A stretch of 64,000 nt of DNA. Source: Bacillales bacterium UBA3789. Lineage in GTDB: Bacteria; Bacillota_I; Bacilli_A; RF39; UBA660. Of the stretch, positions 58,852 to 64,000 are shown piece after piece. Below the pieces are notes generated by a model, which worked only from the letters and a program-made list of their open reading frames with translations, had not been told where the DNA came from and did no database searches. The stretch is taken from assembly GCA_002369415.1 (NCBI GenBank), contig DFEZ01000002.1, positions 185,019-249,018 of the forward strand. Reading direction: 5' to 3'. Position numbers and translations under genes: made by a program. How positions within the stretch are numbered: position 1 is the stretch's first letter; the number at the start of each line of letters is the position of its first letter.

Positions 58852-59577
58852 ATGAATAAAATAGATACTTTAATTGACTGGATAAAGGAATCAAAAAGAA
58901 TAGTTTTCTTTGGTGGAGCTGGTGTTTCTACTGAATCTGGACTAAAAGATTTTAGAAGTAAAGATGGTCTTTATAATGAAAAATATGACTATCCTCCAGA
59001 AGAAATTTTATCTCATCATTTTTTTATTGATAAGACTCCCGAATTCTATAAGTTTTACAAAGATAAATTAAATACTAAAGGATGTAAACCTAATATTACA
59101 CATATAGTTTTAGCTGAACTTGAAAAGAAAGGTAAATTAAGTAGTGTTATAACTCAAAATATTGATGGATTTCATCAAGAAGCTGGATCTAAAAAAGTAT
59201 TAGAACTTCATGGTTCTATTAAAAGAAATTATTGTATGGACTGTGGTAAGTTCTATGATGAAGAATATGTTTTCTCAAGTGAAGGAGTTCCTCATTGTAC
59301 TTGTGGAGGTATTATTAAACCAGATGTAGTTTTATATGAAGAAGGATTAGACCCTGATACTATTAGTGAGACTATTAACGAGATTAAAAATGCTGATATG
59401 TTGATTATTGCTGGTACAAGTCTTAATGTTTATCCAGCAGCATCTTTCATCAATTACTTTAATGGTAAACATATGGTTTTAATTAATAAGTCTATTACTC
59501 CATATGATCATATGTGTGACTTAGTTCTTTATGAAAAATTAGGAGATGTATTTAGTGAAATAAAAAAGAAGATTTAA
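58852..59577 (+). CDS. cobB: NAD-dependent protein deacylase, Sir2 family
   Basis: GAGVSTESG..DFRS, TQNIDG, ELHGS, Cys4 zinc site, KPDVVLY, GTSLNVYPA. Confidence 0.93.
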   Translation: MNKIDTLIDWIKESKRIVFFGGAGVSTESGLKDFRSKDGLYNEKYDYPPEEILSHHFFIDKTPEFYKFYKDKLNTKGCKPNITHIVLAELEKKGKLSSVITQNIDGFHQEAGSKKVLELHGSIKRNYCMDCGKFYDEEYVFSSEGVPHCTCGGIIKPDVVLYEEGLDPDTISETINEIKNADMLIIAGTSLNVYPAASFINYFNGKHMVLINKSITPYDHMCDLVLYEKLGDVFSEIKKKI

Positions 59578-60965
59578 TCTTCTTTTTTTGCATTATGTTT
59601 AGAAATATTAAATTCTAATATATTGAATTTATTTCTTTTATCCATATTATTAAGATATGTTTTTAATGATTCTTTTTCTATTGGAAGTATTTGTCCATCT
59701 TCATTTATTTTCTTTTGTAATTTTCTTAACTGATTAATATTATCATAATTATAATTTTCTAAATAATATAGATCTATCTTTCCAGTTCTTTCATATCTTT
59801 TAATATTATTTTCTGCAATTATTCTTTCAATTGAGAAACAATTTACTAGAGAATAAACTGCTATTGTAATTATTAAATAATAAGAAACTATTTTTACTTT
59901 TTTATTAAATATATAGAATATTGTTGGAATTAATAATAGTACTTCAGTTATTAATATTATATAAACTCCTAATCTTAATACTGTATATCCATAAGCTTGT
60001 TCATATAAGAACATTCTATAGAATGAAGATACTATTATTACTAATGTTAATAATACAGTTAGTAAACTCATTATTTTTGTATAATTCTTTTCTTTTGATT
60101 TTTTAGATAAAAGAATTATTACTATATTAATTACTGATATAAACATTAATTGGAAGAATCCACTTCTTGCATAATCAGCATAATTAAATCCACTTGATAC
60201 TCTATGTAATAATAATGAATTAATTTGAATAATATCAAATACTATATAAATAATGTTTAATGTTGTTAATAGAATATTTATTGTTAATGGATCTTTTAAG
60301 CCTTTCTTTTCTTCTTCAACATTATCATCTTTATATTTTTTAGATATATAGTATAGTGTTCCTCCTAAGTAGAAGAATAATATTACAAAATTAATAATTC
60401 TTATTATTATCTTACCTATAGTTTCATCTTCTATTAATATATTAAATTTAGAAAATAAATTACCAAATATTTGATCTGCACTTATTAATAGTAAAAGTAC
60501 TACTATTACTACTGGTATTACTATAAGAAGTGATTTTAATACTTTCTTTGTATTTTGAGATATTTTACCTTTTGGTAATTCTTTAACTGATTCTTTATAG
60601 AAACTACTTATATAATCTAATGGTTTAAATACTAAGCCTAATATTTCTCTTAATACATCTAAAAATCTTTTTATTTTATCCATAGTAATTGCATACATTA
60701 AAAAATATAATGCTGGTATTACTAATATATTTAATTCATTAAAGATATTGCTATAAATAAAATATGTTGATGATAATATAATTATCGGGATTATTAATAG
60801 TAATCCTTTTTTATTTTTAATTGATTTGTTTTCTTTTAAAAAATAAATAATTGTTCCTAATAATGGAATTGTAAATAGTATTACATTGATTCCTAAACTT
60901 TGATTTACTAATAATATTGAATGTAATAAACATAATATTATTGTCATAAAAAACATTTTCTTCAT
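59574..60965 (-). CDS. DUF4153/DUF4173 family membrane protein
   Basis: LLISADQIF, YADYARSGFFQL, RMFLYEQAYGYTVLR. Confidence 0.82.
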   Translation of the reverse strand: MKKMFFMTIILCLLHSILLVNQSLGINVILFTIPLLGTIIYFLKENKSIKNKKGLLLIIPIIILSSTYFIYSNIFNELNILVIPALYFLMYAITMDKIKRFLDVLREILGLVFKPLDYISSFYKESVKELPKGKISQNTKKVLKSLLIVIPVVIVVLLLLISADQIFGNLFSKFNILIEDETIGKIIIRIINFVILFFYLGGTLYYISKKYKDDNVEEEKKGLKDPLTINILLTTLNIIYIVFDIIQINSLLLHRVSSGFNYADYARSGFFQLMFISVINIVIILLSKKSKEKNYTKIMSLLTVLLTLVIIVSSFYRMFLYEQAYGYTVLRLGVYIILITEVLLLIPTIFYIFNKKVKIVSYYLIITIAVYSLVNCFSIERIIAENNIKRYERTGKIDLYYLENYNYDNINQLRKLQKKINEDGQILPIEKESLKTYLNNMDKRNKFNILEFNISKHNAKKED

Positions 60966-60966
60966 G

Positions 60967-61173
60967 TTATTTCTCCTTTTTATAATCCAAGATATCTCCT
61001 GGCTTACACTCTAATACTTCACATATTTTTTCTAGTGTAGAAAATCTTATTGCTTTTCCTTTTCCAGTTTTTAATATTGATAAATTTGCTTGAGTTATAC
61101 CTACTTTTTCAGCAAGTTCTCCAGATGACATTTTTCTTTTTGCCATCATTACATCTAAATTAACTATAATCAT
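60967..61173 (-). CDS. XRE/Cro HTH transcriptional regulator (YozG-like)
   Basis: LDVMMAKRKMS..ELAEKVGIT.ANLSILKTGK.KAIRFSTL..IC..L.C.PGDIL. Confidence 0.92.
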   Translation of the reverse strand: MIIVNLDVMMAKRKMSSGELAEKVGITQANLSILKTGKGKAIRFSTLEKICEVLECKPGDILDYKKEK

Positions 61174-61183
61174 ATTATTCTCC

Positions 61184-61648
61184 CTATATTGTTAGATCAT
61201 TTTCTTCTTTATATTCTGTTGCTTGTAACCATAATAGACTTAGTGTCCAAAGAGCTATACCTACTCCAAAGAATAAAATGAATAAGAATAATAAAACTAT
61301 TATGTAATTTATATAGGTATTCTTAATAACAAATACCATTATTAATAAATCTATAATCCATAAAAAACTCATAGCAAATGATAAAAATCCAGTTCTTTTT
61401 AAAATATCCACATTTTTATGTGTAAAAGGTTTATTCTTTTCTAATGATTTAAACATCTTTAAGAATTGTATTCCGATTGCAACCATTAATAATCCATTTG
61501 GATATACAATTATCATTGAATAAAGAATACTATAATTATTATTTAATAAAAATGGAATTAGTATTATAACTGGTATTGCAAATACTATTCCTATAATAAC
61601 TATGTTCTTTAATATATTACCCATTTTATCTATTTCTTTTGGAAACAT
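61184..61648 (-). CDS. DUF2975 membrane protein
   Basis: PFT..NV..LK and C-terminal KEENDLTI; precedes the HTH gene as is typical; start at 61648. Confidence 0.85.
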   Translation of the reverse strand: MFPKEIDKMGNILKNIVIIGIVFAIPVIILIPFLLNNNYSILYSMIIVYPNGLLMVAIGIQFLKMFKSLEKNKPFTHKNVDILKRTGFLSFAMSFLWIIDLLIMVFVIKNTYINYIIVLLFLFILFFGVGIALWTLSLLWLQATEYKEENDLTI

Positions 61649-61704
61649 ATAATTCCTCCTTCTTAAGTACAATTATAGATCTTAATTTTTGAAAGTCAAT
61701 AATT

Positions 61705-61725
61705 ATTTATCGTTTTACGATAAAT
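61705..61725. promoter_or_regulatory. Palindromic operator upstream of the DUF2975-HTH-DUF4153 operon
   Basis: ATTTATCG-N5-CGATAAAT perfect inverted repeat beside a TTGACT...TATAAT promoter (61699-61672). Confidence 0.6.
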
Positions 61726-61757
61726 TGTGTAAAGTAAAAAAAGTAGAATAATCTACT

Positions 61758-63332
61758 TTAATTTAATTTAAATGTTCTTGGAGCAACTTTATAAACTAGT
61801 AATAAGCTTAATCCTATATAAACTATACAGAATAGAATTCCAAATACTGATAGTTTTAGTGAATCAAGTACTAGATTAAAGAATTGATAAGTTACTATAT
61901 ACATTATTAAGTTTACTATTGAATAAGATGCTTTCTTTACTTCCATATCTTTATTAAATGGCTGTAATAAATAATAAATTACTAAATAGTGAACTGAAAA
62001 GAACACTGATAATAACATTATGAATAAGAATGTTGTTACTAAAGTTAGTACATTATAATTATTAGTTAACATTAATAATGCTACATTACCTACTCCTATT
62101 ACAAAGGCTGGTATTAAGTTAACTTTAATTACTGTTATTAATCTTTTCTTAAATAATGCTAGTAATACTGATGGTTCTCTATAGAAATTAAATCTTAACA
62201 TCGCATGATCACAGTTAAAGAACATTGCTTGTGTTATGATTGCTCCTCTATTTATGAAATACATTATAATTATAAAGATTGCTAAATGTTTATTTAAAGT
62301 TAAGCTTGCTGCATCATAATATCTTGGAGTACTTAATACTAAGTATCCTAATCCCATATAAACAACTGCAGCAATTCCTGCCCATTTTCTAGCACTTCTT
62401 AATAGTATTTCTTTATGTCTTTCAAAGAATATTGTATTAAATAAATCATATCCTTTTTTATTTTCTATAATCTTTGTATCTATCTTTTTATCTTTTTCTT
62501 TTACTTCAACCATCGCTTGTCTTAGATAATCTTTTTCATGTTTTTCATCCATTACGTTTGTTACTCTTGTTAGATTTTTATAAATTAATTTATAATCTTT
62601 TAATCTAATTAAATATAATAATGCAGGGATTGCAATAAGTGCAAATATTGTAGTAAATACAAACATTAATTTAATTGGAATAAATAATTCTATAAATGGT
62701 GAAAAACAAGATCCAAATAGAATTAATACAATTGTAAAGTATAGTGCAGTATTTGTATACCAAATATAATGATACTTCTTATAGAACATTATATTTAATG
62801 CTTCTCCTATTATTCTTACAGATATTGTTAATATTATTAACATTAAAGCATACTGAATATTTGGTGGAGATAACAAGTAATCTATAAAGAAATATATCAT
62901 TATTGTATTTAGAATTGTACTTGTTAATAATTGAAAAAATAAGTTTGCTCTAAAATATTTAGTTCCATCCATATTAAATAAACAGATAGAAAAATATTTT
63001 TGAGTATTTGTATTTAGTTGTTTATTATTAATAAACATTCCTAAGATTGTTAATAAGAAATAAATATGAAAAAATGATTTAACTAAATTATCAGAAAAGA
63101 ACTTATAACAAATAAACATTATTACAAAGAAATACATGAATTTTAAGAATATTGATCTTACTGCAAAAAAGATAAATCCTATTAATTCTATAAATCTTTT
63201 TAGGAACTTAGATGAATAAGCATCCTTTGTTATTAAGTCTCTTAATATTGGTAATTTTCTTAAGAAATATATAAAAGAATTTACTGAATAAGCAATATCT
63301 ATTTGTAATGATTTCTTAAGAGTACTAAACAT
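61758..63332 (-). CDS. ABC transporter permease-like polytopic membrane protein
   Basis: About 12 TMs; overlaps the ABC ATPase gene. Confidence 0.75.
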   Translation of the reverse strand: MFSTLKKSLQIDIAYSVNSFIYFLRKLPILRDLITKDAYSSKFLKRFIELIGFIFFAVRSIFLKFMYFFVIMFICYKFFSDNLVKSFFHIYFLLTILGMFINNKQLNTNTQKYFSICLFNMDGTKYFRANLFFQLLTSTILNTIMIYFFIDYLLSPPNIQYALMLIILTISVRIIGEALNIMFYKKYHYIWYTNTALYFTIVLILFGSCFSPFIELFIPIKLMFVFTTIFALIAIPALLYLIRLKDYKLIYKNLTRVTNVMDEKHEKDYLRQAMVEVKEKDKKIDTKIIENKKGYDLFNTIFFERHKEILLRSARKWAGIAAVVYMGLGYLVLSTPRYYDAASLTLNKHLAIFIIIMYFINRGAIITQAMFFNCDHAMLRFNFYREPSVLLALFKKRLITVIKVNLIPAFVIGVGNVALLMLTNNYNVLTLVTTFLFIMLLSVFFSVHYLVIYYLLQPFNKDMEVKKASYSIVNLIMYIVTYQFFNLVLDSLKLSVFGILFCIVYIGLSLLLVYKVAPRTFKLN

Positions 63333-64000
63333 TTTCTTCGTCTTCTTTCAATGCTTTAATAATCTTATCTTTATATTTCTTTGTACTTAAATCTTCTTTT
63401 TTCATTAATTCAAATTGTTTATTACTTAGAACTACTATTTCATCACATAAGTCTAATGCTAATTCTAGAATATGTGTTGAAAAGATAATTATATGATCTT
63501 TTTTTAATCCTTTTAATAGATTCTTCATTTCTTCTTGAACTACAATATCAAGTGAAGTTAATGGTTCATCTAATAATATTATTTTTGGATTAGCTATTAT
63601 ATTTATTAATAATTGGATTTTGTTTTTCATACCATGAGAGTACTCTTTTAATAAAATATCTTGATCATTTTTATCTAATTTTACTAAATCAAAATAATAA
63701 TCTATATCTTTTAAATCTGGTATTTTATCTTTATTAATATCAATAAAGAATTGTAAGAATTCTCTTCCTGTTAAGAATTCTGGTACTGTAGGAGTTGATA
63801 CTACATAACCAATATCTTTAGTTTGTAATTTATTTCTACCATATTCATCATTTAAATAGAATACTCCTCTATCTATATCAATGTCTTCATTTAAGGCATT
63901 AAAGAATGTTGTTTTACCAGCACCATTTCTTCCTAATAGTCCATATATTTTTCCTTGTTCAAATTCAAAATCTATGTCTTTTAATACTTCTTTATCTCCA
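63325..64000 (-). CDS. ABC transporter ATP-binding protein, 5' end outside window
   Basis: Frame is open to the window edge: GLLGRNGAGKTT, YSHGMK, LLDEPLT, STH. Confidence 0.92.
   Translation of the reverse strand, partial: GDKEVLKDIDFEFEQGKIYGLLGRNGAGKTTFFNALNEDIDIDRGVFYLNDEYGRNKLQTKDIGYVVSTPTVPEFLTGREFLQFFIDINKDKIPDLKDIDYYFDLVKLDKNDQDILLKEYSHGMKNKIQLLINIIANPKIILLDEPLTSLDIVVQEEMKNLLKGLKKDHIIIFSTHILELALDLCDEIVVLSNKQFELMKKEDLSTKKYKDKIIKALKEDEENV

Noticed and set aside
58852-59577. Sir2 as part of a Sir2-HerA anti-phage system with the ATPase at 15691-17649
   Set aside because: The genes are over 40 kb apart, and this Sir2 is a canonical zinc-binding CobB-type deacylase, not a defence SIR2 domain
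63325-63630. Truncated 101-aa ABC ATPase pseudogene
   Set aside because: The frame continues with a Walker A motif to the window edge; the truncation is a window artefact

Overview
Very AT-rich chromosomal window (by eye roughly 25% GC, standard code 11) from a low-GC Bacillota. The gene content and style suggest a small-genome, uncultured-type Bacilli lineage such as RF39; this is an inference. Almost all genes lie on the minus strand. Housekeeping content includes a SEDS protein, ileS with an Ile T-box, asnS, sepF, divIVA, pgi, ddl, murF, an ABC-F protein, cobB and eight tRNAs. It also carries a 7.6 kb cyclic beta-1,2-glucan synthase, a WXG100 pair, and an OLE RNA with oapA. No CRISPR array, transposase, integrase or prophage was seen. 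The most unusual elements are: (1) a 770-aa protein with 19 tandem 26-aa mTERF-like repeats carrying a basic stripe, a hypervariable position and a 3-repeat superperiod, translationally coupled to a small mTERF-like partner (a candidate modular nucleic-acid reader); (2) an OLE RNA in a non-canonical stand-alone locus, followed by oapA and a pseudokinase; (3) a signal-peptide-less, WXG100-like, tail-anchored protein with a small partner; (4) an Ile T-box that first controls a Ca2+/Na+ antiporter, ahead of an IleRS2 with a GIHH motif; (5) a ribokinase-inositol monophosphatase fusion. All family calls come from motif recognition by eye, not from database searches.
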